DNA from: the human T2T-CHM13v2.0 reference genome, Homo sapiens
NCBI RefSeq assembly: GCF_009914755.1
Contig: NC_060926.1
DNA: 64,000 bases
Strand: one strand, 5' to 3'
The notes under the pieces were generated by a model that searched no databases, was not told the DNA's origin, and was given only the letters and a program-made list of their open reading frames with translations. Positions 62,545 to 64,000 of the stretch are shown piece by piece. How positions within the stretch are numbered: position 1 is the first letter of the stretch; each line of letters begins with the position of its first letter. The position numbers and the translations under genes are program-made.

Positions 62545-62870
62545 CTGTGAAGAATCAAAACAAAAACATAACATCGCTTAAACCACAACAGTGGCCAAAT
62601 ATCCTCCATCCTGGCTAATATGAGTGATTAGTGTTTCTTTTACAATCACAGCTTTAACTTCTCTGTGTTCTTCTCACTTTCTAGGTAAACATTTTTAAGA
62701 TACTCAGCATAGAATAACCCATATTGTGACAGCATCCCATCCAGAGTCAAGCTCTATTTCACTGAGTCCTCATCAAAATCACCTAACACAAGCCTGATTA
62801 CTATTCTAAGTCCTGTTAACAATTTCTTTTGTGATACCTCACCAGTCCCCATTGTTCAATATTTCTGCGT
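62545..62870 (+). mobile_element. Old ERV1-type LTR fragment (subfamily uncertain)
   Basis: cctccatcctggctaatatgagtga ... caatcacagcttta ... aaaatcacctaacacaagcc. Confidence 0.45.
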
Positions 62871-62948
62871 TCCTAGTGGCATTGGTTGAAGGGCATTAAG
62901 AGAATGATTGAATGAATGAGTGACATTTATCCACATAGACATGATTAT

Positions 62949-63009
62949 TTATATTAAACTCTAAGTTCTGTGTAATTAGAATTATATTAAACTCTAAGTT
63001 CTGTGTAAT
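62949..63009. repeat. Perfect 28-bp direct duplication with 5-nt spacer
   Basis: ttatattaaactctaagttctgtgtaat at 62949-62976 and 62982-63009. Confidence 0.97.
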
Positions 63010-64000
63010 GAAGGATGGCACCTTTCTCCTCTATCTCTAATATCTCACTTAAAAGAGTCATAAAATAAATGTGGAATAAACAAAATAGTCTTGAGTCTTT
63101 TGCTGCCTTTGTTAGCCCTCTGTCTGCTAGGATCACTCTGTGGAAGGTGCATTCTATGCCATTGCCACTGTATTTTAACATTTACTATGCTTTTATGATC
63201 CTGATATTGATAAAAACTATAAGCAACCCATATACATGACTTTGAAAAAATCAATGTAGTGCCTTTATTCTAATAAAATAAAAATAAAGTAACTTATAAT
63301 AAAATAAAGTATAATCCAGTAAGAAAAATGCTTAGAATATCTACACTAAGGATCCAGGTGTTTGCAACAACTTAGAAAGAATGAGTTCAGATTTAAGAAA
63401 TGTAACAAAATATTTAACACTGAATATTATCACTTTTTCTTTGACATTTTAAAAATAAACACCAAATAAACGCATTTATTTTCATACAAAGAATCACATA
63501 AAAGATATAGTATCTACTATTATAGGTTTGTTGTATTGAAAATTCAAATATGAGTGATGCTACATTCAGTGACATTATTTTCCAAATTGATTAATAAAAT
63601 CTTGATTATGCCCTTAAAAATAATGAATATCTTTACCTTAACATTCATGATTGTTGTAGTCCTAGAAATTTTAATATAAATTAAATTCATAAAAATATTT
63701 GTGTTTACTTATACAACAGAGTTATGTTATTGCCTCTGAAATTTATTAATATGTATGTGTATGTATATATATTTTTATAGGACCATCTGGTGGGAATTCA
63801 CATTTATGTAAAATGTAGCATTTCATTTTTGTATAGAAGAATCCTACACATTGCACAGCATCTAGAATGCCTGACACTTGCCCATTTGATGCCATATTAT
63901 TGACCTCAAACATGATGTCAATCAATATTGGCCCCATAAATTTCCAGAACACCACCTCTACACAGTCCTACAATTTCCAAAATACTTTAGCCTATGAACT

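Overview
AT-rich primate (most likely human or great-ape) intergenic or deep-intronic DNA, with roughly two thirds recognisable as transposable-element relics. It holds Alus (J, S and Y lineages), LINE-1 of several ages (L1PA/L1PB/L1MA/L1ME), L2, MIR, MaLR elements (THE1A, MSTA, MSTD, MLT1), MLT2, ERVL and MER4-group LTRs, and DNA transposons (Charlie7-like, MER58A, MER44, MADE1). I can support no cellular protein-coding gene, tRNA, rRNA or CRISPR array. The long ORFs are broken L1 ORF2 pieces or chance ORFs in repeats. I see no evidence of a new biological system. The best structural observations are: a three-tier nested insertion (L1PA inside THE1A inside MSTA) with all three target-site duplications preserved; an atypical MADE1 with extended inverted arms; a fold-back/template-switch scar in an L1 3' UTR; a very young AluYa-lineage insertion; and several small local duplications. 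Subfamily names come from remembered consensus sequences and need RepeatMasker/Dfam confirmation; boundaries of old elements are approximate.
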